Shown here in pieces: positions 8,219 through 16,206 of a DNA stretch of 64,000 nt. Position 1 is the first letter of the stretch; each line of letters opens with the position of its first letter. This DNA is from a virus: positions 32,001 through 96,000 of the IMG/VR virus record IMGVR_UViG_3300030104_004642; one strand, 5' to 3'. The position numbers and the translations under genes were made by a program. The notes below the pieces were generated by a model that searched no databases, was not told where the DNA came from, and was given only the letters and a program-made list of their open reading frames with translations.

Positions 8219-8485
8219 TCAGTGGATATAGTATTCAAAATTAAAGAAAGAGGAACTATGCATGAAACTTGTGCCATGATGCCCAAAACCTGATCCCCCA
8301 TGGGTGTGCTTATGGTAGTGGCAGTATCCCCTGTTTCTATGGCAGTGATGATGCTTGTGAGATGGCATCCAGTTGCGATGGGTGTGTGGGCGATGGGGAT
8401 GATGTTTATATCTATTTGCCTTGTGTGCCATGGCTGGTGTGCTAAGAAGCATACTACCAGCTAATACCAAGAGTAACTTTTTCAC
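8219..8485 (-). CDS. Exported His-rich small protein
   Basis: Signal peptide ending in PAMA; 19 His in the 68-aa mature part; GAGG RBS before the GTG start. Confidence 0.8.
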   Translation of the reverse strand: MKKLLLVLAGSMLLSTPAMAHKANRYKHHPHRPHTHRNWMPSHKHHHCHRNRGYCHYHKHTHGGSGFGHHGTSFMHSSSFFNFEYYIH

Positions 8486-8646
8486 TCAATTACCTCTAAT
8501 AAATTGTTTACAGAATTGGACAGTGATCTATATCCTGTGCCAACATAAATCTGACCTACCACCACTGAAACAGTAGCAACACTCCAGAATATGTAGTACC
8601 ACCTACTCTTGACTTGATGTTTTTTGCCTTGTTTCTTCGTCTTCAT
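8482..8646 (-). CDS. Small membrane protein (54 aa)
   Basis: Manual translation MKTKKQGKKHQVKSRWYYIFWSVATVSVVVGQIYVGTGYRSLSNSVNNLLEVIE*; GTGA overlap with the next gene. Confidence 0.7.
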   Translation of the reverse strand: MKTKKQGKKHQVKSRWYYIFWSVATVSVVVGQIYVGTGYRSLSNSVNNLLEVIE

Positions 8647-8791
8647 AAGTAATGGAAATTCTTTTTTTCACATATCCCTTAGAGTCTATCACAAGACACT
8701 TATTAATACAACAGTTGTCAAGTGCCTCTTCAATATTCTGTAACTGCATATGCAGCATCAGATTCCTATCATGCTCACTCAGTCTTTTCAT
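8603..8791 (-). CDS. Hypothetical protein
   Basis: 62-aa ORF in a tightly packed cluster. Confidence 0.6.
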   Translation of the reverse strand: MKRLSEHDRNLMLHMQLQNIEEALDNCCINKCLVIDSKGYVKKRISITYEDEETRQKTSSQE

Positions 8792-8975
8792 TGTAGTATG
8801 CTATGGTTTTGTGGAACTCTTCCAGTGGATCAGGATATTTATCAGGATATTGAATCCTGTTTATCCTATCCTTGAACTCTTTTAGTTCTGGGATATGCAT
8901 GTACCCAAGAACATCAATGAGTGCTATAAGTTCATCTTCATCCAACTGGATGTTACGAATGCCATAGTGTTTCAT
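8775..8975 (-). CDS. Hypothetical protein
   Basis: 66-aa ORF overlapping the purS stop. Confidence 0.65.
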   Translation of the reverse strand: MKHYGIRNIQLDEDELIALIDVLGYMHIPELKEFKDRINRIQYPDKYPDPLEEFHKTIAYYNEKTE

Positions 8976-9247
8976 TTAACCCCCTGAGGCCATTCTTCAA
9001 TCTCCACCAAATCATAATCCCAATCCTCAATAACAGGATTAGCATACAGACGATCAGAAAGAAGGTCCAGTTCTTTTCTTGCTATCTCCTCAGTCTCTGC
9101 TTCCAACCAAACATCAATCACCTTACCCAGTCTAAGCTTCTTGATATTCAAATCAGACAGTCTTCTTGATGCATCCCTCACAGCATTGCCTGGTGAATCA
9201 TCAACCTGTGATCTCAAACGAATAAACACCAACCCTTTAAACTTCAT
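8972..9247 (-). CDS. purS: Phosphoribosylformylglycinamidine synthase subunit PurS
   Basis: V.IRLR..V.D.PG.AV, LRLGK.ID, LYANPVIED.DY PurS pattern. Confidence 0.88.
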   Translation of the reverse strand: MKFKGLVFIRLRSQVDDSPGNAVRDASRRLSDLNIKKLRLGKVIDVWLEAETEEIARKELDLLSDRLYANPVIEDWDYDLVEIEEWPQGVK

Positions 9248-9407
9248 TCTCTAACTCCTGGATGATTCTTGCTACTTGTTTTTTATTTGTTCCAGAAGGC
9301 GCATTATGCAGACAGATGAGAATACATTCTTTATCAGTGATGGGTGGTTTCATTGTCCACCCATTCTCATCAAGTAGAACCTCTGGTGCCTCAACATTTT
9401 CTGTCAA
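9237..9407 (-). CDS. Hypothetical protein (56 aa)
   Basis: TTG start after AAGGAGG; MTENVEAPEVLLDENGWTMKPPITDKECILICLHNAPSGTNKKQVARIIQELENEV*. Confidence 0.65.
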   Translation of the reverse strand: MTENVEAPEVLLDENGWTMKPPITDKECILICLHNAPSGTNKKQVARIIQELENEV

Positions 9408-9601
9408 AATCCCCCTCCTTTTGATTTTTTCTTCTTTGGTTTTGATTTAGGTAAGATTTTTTTCATTTCCTCTTCTGAGTAATTGGCACAGAGAGAAAGC
9501 ATCTTATCAAGAGCATACTGATACTGAGAACCAGCACTCATCTTACTGAGTAGATGGTGTGCTACATCATACCTTAGTTCTTCAAGTTCTTTTTCATTCA
9601 C
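9404..9601 (-). CDS. Hypothetical protein
   Basis: 65-aa ORF with a basic KKKKSKGGGF tail; overlaps the g44 stop. Confidence 0.65.
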   Translation of the reverse strand: MNEKELEELRYDVAHHLLSKMSAGSQYQYALDKMLSLCANYSEEEMKKILPKSKPKKKKSKGGGF

Positions 9602-10545
9602 TTGAACTCACACTCCACCATAATCTCAGTGAGACATGCCAGCATGTTTATTTCCTGATCAGCAACGAAAGAAGATTGGTATTGATACTTAGCAATGATA
9701 AGAACAGCAGCAGCAATGCCAGAACCTTCCAAGGACTGATAAGAAGCATCATAAACAGACCTAAGAAGTACAGTAGGATCATTGTCCAGATTATCGACGA
9801 CCCACTTACGTACCTTAGGAAAGTCTTTTTCTTTGAGCGTTTTAAAGAGGTCATCAGTTTTTACATTAGAAAAGGAAGCAAGGATGCCAGAGTCAATACT
9901 ACCACCAGCAGCATATCTCTGACATTCATTAAGAACACGTCTCCAATCAGGAAAGTGTTTCTGAATAAGTTCTACCAGGACCTTGTTATCATATTTAATA
10001 CCTTCTGCATCCAAGATTTCTTGGAGACGTGTGAAGAATGATGCTGCAAGTAACTGCTTTTCTTTTCCTTTGAGGGCAAAGTCAATGACTGAGCATCTGC
10101 TATGAAGGGGTTGAATGATTTTGTTTTTGTAGTTGCAGGTGAAGATGAATCTGCAATTACCAATAAACTCCTCTGTAAACGCCCTAAGGCAGAGTTGAAC
10201 ATCTGGGGTTGTGTTATCTGCCTCATCAATAATGATGACCTTGTGTTTGGCAGAAGAAGATAGCGATACAGTTGAAGCGAAGTTCTTTGCATTATTACGT
10301 ACAGTGTCTAAGAATCTACCCTCATCAGAACCATTGATAACATAGTAATCTGTGCCTAATTCAGCACAGAGTGCCTTAGCAACTGTGGTCTTACCACAAC
10401 CTGGTGGTCCTGATAGGAGAAGGTTAGGAACCTCCCCCTTATCTAGGAAATCAATAAAAGTGCTCTTAATATTTTTAGGAAGAATGCACTCTTCAATTTT
10501 CTTTGGGCGATACTTCTCTACCCAAATAAACTCATCACGACTCAT
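9598..10545 (-). CDS. g44: Clamp loader large subunit (gp44)
   Basis: WVEKYRP, GPPGCGKT, IIDEAD, LHSRC motifs. Confidence 0.96.
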   Translation of the reverse strand: MSRDEFIWVEKYRPKKIEECILPKNIKSTFIDFLDKGEVPNLLLSGPPGCGKTTVAKALCAELGTDYYVINGSDEGRFLDTVRNNAKNFASTVSLSSSAKHKVIIIDEADNTTPDVQLCLRAFTEEFIGNCRFIFTCNYKNKIIQPLHSRCSVIDFALKGKEKQLLAASFFTRLQEILDAEGIKYDNKVLVELIQKHFPDWRRVLNECQRYAAGGSIDSGILASFSNVKTDDLFKTLKEKDFPKVRKWVVDNLDNDPTVLLRSVYDASYQSLEGSGIAAAVLIIAKYQYQSSFVADQEINMLACLTEIMVECEFK

Positions 10546-10648
10546 CTTTCTCCTGTTGTTTTTTCAACCATTCTTTGAACTTTCTCTTACCCTCTACAAC
10601 CTTCCACCAGGGAGCATAAAGGGGTCCATCATAATCTTTTTTCATCAT
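10535..10648 (-). CDS. Micro-protein (37 aa)
   Basis: Manual translation MMKKDYDGPLYAPWWKVVEGKRKFKEWLKKQQEKDES*; bridges speD and g44. Confidence 0.55.
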   Translation of the reverse strand: MMKKDYDGPLYAPWWKVVEGKRKFKEWLKKQQEKDES

Positions 10649-10973
10649 ATCTATTAATTACCTGAGAGTCAAGGTCAGTAGCAGCCATTGCTTCATACAT
10701 GTATGAGGCACCTGCCCTTGGACTTGTGTGTTCGCCACAGGTGAATATATCACACACTGCTATTCCACTCTCAGGCCAAGTATGAATGGATATATGGGAC
10801 TCTGCTAATAGTGCAATTCCAGTAACCCCCTGAGGTTCAAATTTGTGAGTTGTAACATTCAACAAATTACTTCTGGATAATGTGGCAGCATTGGCAAGGA
10901 CATTGCGAATGTGTGCCTCATCATCCAAAAAACCATAGGGGCATCCTTTTAGTGTAAAAAGAATGTGTTTCAT
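10629..10973 (-). CDS. speD: S-adenosylmethionine decarboxylase proenzyme
   Basis: HKFEPQGVT...LLAESHISIHTWPE (autocleavage E/SH), DIFTCG. Confidence 0.92.
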   Translation of the reverse strand: MKHILFTLKGCPYGFLDDEAHIRNVLANAATLSRSNLLNVTTHKFEPQGVTGIALLAESHISIHTWPESGIAVCDIFTCGEHTSPRAGASYMYEAMAATDLDSQVINRYDEKRL

Positions 10974-11635
10974 CCAAAGGTAGAGTCAGGTTCAAGGGCA
11001 ATGAAGTAGGTTACATCAATGTTCTGATTTGTAAAACGTGACAGCAGTTTCTGAGAAACAACCACATCATAGGAACCAGGAACAATTTTCAAATTCTCTT
11101 CTTTGAAATTGAATGTGAACTCTGCATCAGTTTCTCCAACAATAATGGAGAAATCATTAGAGGTGTCATTCTTCTTATCACGAGCAACCAGTTTGATAAC
11201 ACCTGCATCACCAATAGCAGAGATATCAGGGAGTTGATAGATGGATGCTGCCTTCTTCAGTTTTTCCAGTTGTTGACTGGTCAGTTCAAAACAAACATCC
11301 TCTGTGGGAAGAGAGATCTCCTTTTCAGGAGGAGCAACAATGACTGTGGGATCAGCAAAGAAATACTTAGAGCGCATCTTACCCTCTCTGATCATCACAA
11401 AGTCATTGCTCTTGAAGTCAAGTTCAGGACTTGCATGAAGTGACAGACCATTAAGGAACTGGTTCAGGTCATAGATACCAAAATCCCTTGGAAAATCTTC
11501 TTCTACTGTTGCCTCAGCAAGGATGTTCTTCATCACTGAGATAGAACGAAGTTTGTTTCCCTGTTTAAACAGGATAGATTGGTTAATTGAAGAGAAGTTC
11601 TTCAACAGGTTGACAGTGGTATCAGAAAGTTTCAT
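10970..11635 (-). CDS. g45: Sliding clamp (gp45)
   Basis: MKLSDTTVNLLKNFSSINQSI, FGIYDLNQFL, YFIALE; ATG at 11635 is the likely start. Confidence 0.95.
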   Translation of the reverse strand: MKLSDTTVNLLKNFSSINQSILFKQGNKLRSISVMKNILAEATVEEDFPRDFGIYDLNQFLNGLSLHASPELDFKSNDFVMIREGKMRSKYFFADPTVIVAPPEKEISLPTEDVCFELTSQQLEKLKKAASIYQLPDISAIGDAGVIKLVARDKKNDTSNDFSIIVGETDAEFTFNFKEENLKIVPGSYDVVVSQKLLSRFTNQNIDVTYFIALEPDSTFG

Positions 11636-12179
11636 ATGGTTGAGGGTTGTCATTACAGAGGCCAGCAAAGTGATAGAGAAGAATGCAATAGTGAATTGCT
11701 TTTAGGATGTCTTGCTTAGATTTTCCATCCTTTTTACCAAAACGTGAGAGGTATTTGATAGCATTAGATCTGCAGAATGGTTCTGCATCACCAACAGATT
11801 CAATCAGATCAAGTGTCTGAGTTTTTGATTCAGGAGAAGCATAGTGAGACTTATAGGTGCCACCAAGATACTCCTTAATCTCTTTGAGGATTACATCTTC
11901 ATGATACTTCCAACGTCCATTCTTATTGTCCATGGTTGGAAGGTCAGGAATGTCATAGTTAGGGATATCAAAACTAATAGTATCAGGTGAGCTAGGACTG
12001 AACATATTCATATCCACAGGTCCAGCAGCACCAATAAGATCAGAGGAGAAGGTGATTCTATCATCACCCAATCCTCCTACAATTTTATCATCAAGACCAT
12101 AAATTTTATTGTAGTTTCCTGTGTCAATCATAGTGTCTCCATAAAGTTCATTGTAAAGTAATGACCAAGAGTTTACCAT
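11622..12179 (-). CDS. DUF3310/T7 gp1.7-like protein (putative nucleotide kinase domain) with acidic N-terminal extension
   Basis: HY...TLDLIE...FCRSNAIKYLSRFGKKDG...DILKAIHY. Confidence 0.7.
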   Translation of the reverse strand: MVNSWSLLYNELYGDTMIDTGNYNKIYGLDDKIVGGLGDDRITFSSDLIGAAGPVDMNMFSPSSPDTISFDIPNYDIPDLPTMDNKNGRWKYHEDVILKEIKEYLGGTYKSHYASPESKTQTLDLIESVGDAEPFCRSNAIKYLSRFGKKDGKSKQDILKAIHYCILLYHFAGLCNDNPQPYETF

Positions 12180-12184
12180 CAGTT

Positions 12185-12213
12185 ATTATATCAAACCTCA
12201 CTGATGACGTCAA
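12185..12213 (-). promoter_or_regulatory. Sigma70-type promoter TTGACG-N17-TATAAT with extended -10 TG
   Basis: Overlaps the cobS 3' end; the -10 lies only a few nt before the ORF start at 12179, so the mRNA is leaderless or a downstream start is used. Confidence 0.7.
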
Positions 12214-13276
12214 CTGAATCAGTCATTACAAAGTCAGCATCAACCTTGTCATACAGTTCAAGGAAGGATGCTTTGGTCTCCTCATCAAAGCGATTGATGC
12301 AGACCTGAATTGCCTTCTCCTTATTATTAAAGATGCTGAAAGCATTGATGATATGAACCAGACGACGTGTGCTGATCACCTCCTCAATACCACCATCATA
12401 GAAGGTCTTGCGAATGATGTCAGCCCAGTCCACAAGGTGCTTACAGAAGGCACGATCCTCAACACCCTGATCCAGTGCTACACCCTCAAGGATCTTCTGC
12501 TCTGTGGCAGCAGAGGGATAGGACTGTTCAAAGGTTACTGGGAATCTTTCAAGGAAGGCTTCATTGAGCACATTAGTTCCAATGAATCTACCATCATCTG
12601 ATCCCTTTCCTTTAGTATTGGCGGTTGCGAATACTTGGAAACCCTTTGTGGGCGCAATGTACTGGCCAGTTTTCTTGAGGAAAATCCCTTTTCCTTCAAG
12701 AATAGATTGGAGGCAAAGAATTTTGTTTGAGGCGAGGTCAATCTCATCAAGGAGCAGGACTGCTCCACGTTGGAGGGCTTCAATGACTGGGCCATTGTGC
12801 CAGACGGTTTCACCATTAACAAGGCGGAAACCACCAATAAGATCATCCTCATCTGTTTCAATAGTGATATTGACACGAATCAGTTCCCTTTTGAGTTGTG
12901 AACAAGCTTGCTCAACACAGAGTGTTTTACCATTACCAGAAAGTCCTGTAATGAAAACAGGATAGAATAGATTGGACTTAATAATTTTCTTAACATCAGT
13001 AAAATTACCAAACTGGACAAAGGTATCATCTTTCTGGGGAATGAGATTTTGCTCAACAGCAGGCATTGCAGAGGGTGCATCATAAGACTGCTCAAGTTTC
13101 TCTTTGACAGTCAGGTTCCACTTACCACGACCAACCTTGAAGGTATCAAGTTTCTTGGTAACAGTCTGATAGGTGGTGCCATTCATAGCACACCAGGCAC
13201 GAACATCAGCAGCAACTACCTCTGATCCATAAAGACTTGTGAGTGATGAGACAACGTATTCAGTGGAGAGTGCCAT
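12191..13276 (-). CDS. cobS: CobS-like/MoxR-type AAA+ ATPase
   Basis: GLSGNGKT, DEDDLIGG, LLLDEID, ATANTKG, NEAFLERF, ISTRRL; likely start MALSTEY at 13276. Confidence 0.9.
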   Translation of the reverse strand: MALSTEYVVSSLTSLYGSEVVAADVRAWCAMNGTTYQTVTKKLDTFKVGRGKWNLTVKEKLEQSYDAPSAMPAVEQNLIPQKDDTFVQFGNFTDVKKIIKSNLFYPVFITGLSGNGKTLCVEQACSQLKRELIRVNITIETDEDDLIGGFRLVNGETVWHNGPVIEALQRGAVLLLDEIDLASNKILCLQSILEGKGIFLKKTGQYIAPTKGFQVFATANTKGKGSDDGRFIGTNVLNEAFLERFPVTFEQSYPSAATEQKILEGVALDQGVEDRAFCKHLVDWADIIRKTFYDGGIEEVISTRRLVHIINAFSIFNNKEKAIQVCINRFDEETKASFLELYDKVDADFVMTDSVDVISEV

Positions 13277-13330
13277 AGTGGTTTTGTTCAACAGGTTCAT
13301 TATAAAGGATTTTGGGGGGTCAAGGACCCC

Positions 13331-13495
13331 TTAGTGGACAGTTGTGGGAGTGGTTTCCTTGGTTTCTTCCTTGATGGTTACTGAATCAACTAACCCTACA
13401 TCCTTCTGCAATCTCAACTGTGTAGGGCAGGGTTCAGAATGAAATCCACCACCCTCAACCAAGGCCAGTAGTGGAAGCATTAGTAAGAAATTCAT
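13331..13495 (-). CDS. Small protein with hydrophobic N-terminus (54 aa)
   Basis: Manual translation MNFLLMLPLLALVEGGGFHSEPCPTQLRLQKDVGLVDSVTIKEETKETTPTTVH*; ATGA overlap with the upstream gene. Confidence 0.55.
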   Translation of the reverse strand: MNFLLMLPLLALVEGGGFHSEPCPTQLRLQKDVGLVDSVTIKEETKETTPTTVH

Positions 13496-15597
13496 GCAAC
13501 CAACTCCATAAACTTACCAAGAACTTTCTTATTTAGTGATTTTGTCTTCAAATTTTTGATAAAGGCAGATTTGATTTTTGCTTTGGAAGCACCATCCTCC
13601 ACATTGAAATCAGTATCTTGATTAAGGGCGCCAGTTTGCATAGCAAAGTATGAGGTGTATCCAGAATTCTTGATGTCAAAATACTTGTCCTTCTTGATTC
13701 TCTTCAAATCATCCTCATTTAACCATTGATACTTACGAATGAAGTTGTTCATTTCTCTGGGAGGACAGAGGCGAATACCAATGAAGTTTGTATTGGAGAA
13801 GGTGTCTTTTAGATCCTGCAATAGAACCTCAGTAAAGGAATGATACTCATACCCAAACAGATAGGTAAACCCAGTTTTTCTGTTTCTGAGATAAGAAGAT
13901 CCACCACTGATGTGCTGAGCTCCTTGACCACCATAATAGTTCTCCCTACCAATCATCATACCATTTGCCTCACCATCAGTAAGGACAAAACAATGCACCT
14001 TTTGAAGATCATTGCTCTTCTTAAACTGAGGAATAATCTGCTTCAACATAATGAGTGCCTCATTCAGAGGTGTTCCAGAGAGAGAATACTGACGTGGATA
14101 GGAATAATTCACATACATTCTCATACCAAACACCATCCTGAAAACAGAAAGCATCTGTGCTTCAAGATCTTTCTTCTTAGCAGTGCTGCTCAGAATATTC
14201 ATCAATCCAAAGTCACCACTGATGATGAACTTATTCTCTTCCCAGACAGTTCTATCCCTGAAATTAGGATCAACACTATCAATGTAAGAGTTTGAAAAAG
14301 CATAGACATCAAATGGGATGTTGCACTTACTACAAAACCAGATGAGATTGTAGAGTTGTTTGATTGTTTCAAGGATACAGTTACCCATTGAACCAGACCA
14401 ATCAAGAATAAAGATCAGTCCATGATTTTTACCATCAGCAAGGGTGGTAATTTTTTTGAAAAGATCCTCATTGTACTTGTAAGTGTGGAGTTTGGAACAA
14501 TCAAGCACACCAGTCCTGGCAGTGGATGCACGTGCATAAGAATCTGCTGCCTTCTTACACTCAAACTCTTTCACAAGATAGTTGACTTCCTTCTGAGCAG
14601 ATTTCCTGAATTTTTGATACTCTGAATCCACATGACCAAATATATCCCTGCCACCACCTAACTCTTCAACTGTTTGAAGGTTGAGTTTTTCAGATTCTTG
14701 TAATTCTTTTTGAATCTTAGCAAAAGGAATGATAAAGTTTTTAACATCAAATTCAGGCATCTCATAGTAACCATTCTCATGACCATCAAGATTACCGTTG
14801 AACTCCTCAACACGTTCCTCAAAGGTTTGATCTGTCTGGACTTCTGGTTCTGTTCCAGGTGCCCCATCAGGCGTTTCATCTTGATTCTGGTTTTCACTTT
14901 TTGATTCATTTTGTTGTGCCTCAGGACTTTCATCTTCACTGTCACCAGAGGAAACTGGTGTGTTCTCAGGGAACTGTTGCTGTTCCTGTTGCTCACCACC
15001 ACCCTGACCACCAGATTTTGGTGGTTGAGGCATGGGTTGCTTCTGGGGTTCCTGGTTACCCTTACAATAGGCATAAAGGGTTTTTGCTGCCTCAACAGCC
15101 TCATCAAATGTTTCAGCATCACCAATCTGTTTGATGATGACCATCTCCTCCTCAGTAAAACTGATATTGATAAATCTACCAATCTTGAAGTATAGATTGG
15201 CACGATCTGCCAGGTTCATCTCATCAACATCTTGATCCTCAATACAGAAGAAATCTTGATCTGAAAGTTCCTTATAACCAGAATAAAATGTCTTGTGTAG
15301 ACCAGGATATTTACGTTTCATTAGTTTCTCAATGCGAGCATCCTCAGTCACATTGACAAACTGTTGGGGTACAACTTTTTCCCAACTCCAATCATTAGAG
15401 GTGAACAATGCGTGTCCAACCTCATGACCAACCAGCATATCATATACAGTGCTAGAAGCACGCTTCCACATTGGCAGGGTCAATACCCTTGTCTCAACAT
15501 TGAATTGTGCGGTTGAGACATTTTTGTTTTCAACAATCAAGTCCTCAGTGGCAAGCAATTTTGCCAGCTGGGATTTAACTTCATAGTTGACAGGCAT
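13492..15597 (-). CDS. CobT-like protein: N-terminal HEXXH domain, acidic linker, C-terminal vWA domain
   Basis: GHEVGHAL and NVTEDARIE; MIDAS DWSGSM...GTPL...LTDGE. Confidence 0.85.
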   Translation of the reverse strand: MPVNYEVKSQLAKLLATEDLIVENKNVSTAQFNVETRVLTLPMWKRASSTVYDMLVGHEVGHALFTSNDWSWEKVVPQQFVNVTEDARIEKLMKRKYPGLHKTFYSGYKELSDQDFFCIEDQDVDEMNLADRANLYFKIGRFINISFTEEEMVIIKQIGDAETFDEAVEAAKTLYAYCKGNQEPQKQPMPQPPKSGGQGGGEQQEQQQFPENTPVSSGDSEDESPEAQQNESKSENQNQDETPDGAPGTEPEVQTDQTFEERVEEFNGNLDGHENGYYEMPEFDVKNFIIPFAKIQKELQESEKLNLQTVEELGGGRDIFGHVDSEYQKFRKSAQKEVNYLVKEFECKKAADSYARASTARTGVLDCSKLHTYKYNEDLFKKITTLADGKNHGLIFILDWSGSMGNCILETIKQLYNLIWFCSKCNIPFDVYAFSNSYIDSVDPNFRDRTVWEENKFIISGDFGLMNILSSTAKKKDLEAQMLSVFRMVFGMRMYVNYSYPRQYSLSGTPLNEALIMLKQIIPQFKKSNDLQKVHCFVLTDGEANGMMIGRENYYGGQGAQHISGGSSYLRNRKTGFTYLFGYEYHSFTEVLLQDLKDTFSNTNFIGIRLCPPREMNNFIRKYQWLNEDDLKRIKKDKYFDIKNSGYTSYFAMQTGALNQDTDFNVEDGASKAKIKSAFIKNLKTKSLNKKVLGKFMELVA

Positions 15598-15681
15598 TGG
15601 GTCTCTTGCTTATGTGAATAGTCTACACCCTCTGGCAGGTTTTGAAACCCCTTGCAACCACTTTACAAACTGGCACACGCA

Positions 15682-15720
15682 CCAACCCCCCACACTTTTT
15701 TAAGGTGCAGGGGGTTTTGG
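15682..15720. terminator. GC-rich hairpin, probable terminator
   Basis: CCAACCCC(C)CAC...GTG-CA-GGGGGTTTTGG inverted repeat in an intergenic gap. Confidence 0.5.
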
Positions 15721-15757
15721 TCTTGTACTCCAGGTTAAGTGTACCTAAGATTCATTA

Positions 15758-15928
15758 TTAGTCCTCTGTTAGGATGTGTCTACAAAATCTCCTGGCTTGA
15801 TGGTCTACTATACCACATTCTGAAATGCACTGGAAGTAATCGGAAACTTGGTTATTTTTGTCATCCAAATTGTTCTTTTCATCCCACTTCCAAGATGCTA
15901 ACTCATTGTGTGATATCAGGTTATGCAT
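15758..15928 (-). CDS. Small Cys-containing protein (56 aa), probably late-expressed
   Basis: GAGGAGG RBS before ATG 15928; TAAATA at 15952-15957; YFQCISEC...FCRHIL. Confidence 0.75.
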   Translation of the reverse strand: MHNLISHNELASWKWDEKNNLDDKNNQVSDYFQCISECGIVDHQARRFCRHILTED

Positions 15929-15968
15929 AATGACCTCCTCACTCACTCTACTATTTAGTCTTCGTATG

Positions 15969-16106
15969 CTAACTTAATGACTTTTCAGTTACATTTAACT
16001 TTGTCTTTAAGAATTTTAATGCTTCTTTACGTTGCCTCAGTTTGACTGGTTTCAGATGAATTTTCTGATCCTTTTTTGAGTGATGTTGCCAGTTTGGAAT
16101 ATTCAT
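15969..16106 (-). CDS. Small basic protein (45 aa)
   Basis: Manual translation MNIPNWQHHSKKDQKIHLKPVKLRQRKEALKFLKTKLNVTEKSLS*. Confidence 0.6.
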   Translation of the reverse strand: MNIPNWQHHSKKDQKIHLKPVKLRQRKEALKFLKTKLNVTEKSLS

Positions 16107-16206
16107 TGAGATACCTATCAGATGCTGGGTCAGTGATTAGAGTCATGTTCTGTCTGAACTGATTGCCCATGTCAACAGGGCGCCTAACAAACTTACCGTA
16201 GGTCAT
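16027..16206 (-). CDS. Small hypothetical protein (59 aa)
   Basis: Manual translation MTYGKFVRRPVDMGNQFRQNMTLITDPASDRYLNEY...; ATGA overlap with the g46 stop. Confidence 0.55.
   Translation of the reverse strand: MTYGKFVRRPVDMGNQFRQNMTLITDPASDRYLNEYSKLATSLKKGSENSSETSQTEAT

Noticed and set aside
12191-13300. Cobalamin-biosynthesis interpretation of cobS
   Set aside because: No cobN or other cob genes in the window; the AAA+/vWA pairing fits a general chaperone role
15965-16005. Possible Pho box or NtcA site upstream of the small Cys protein
   Set aside because: TTAA half-sites are not at 11-bp spacing and there is no GTA-N8-TAC; the sequence is also coding
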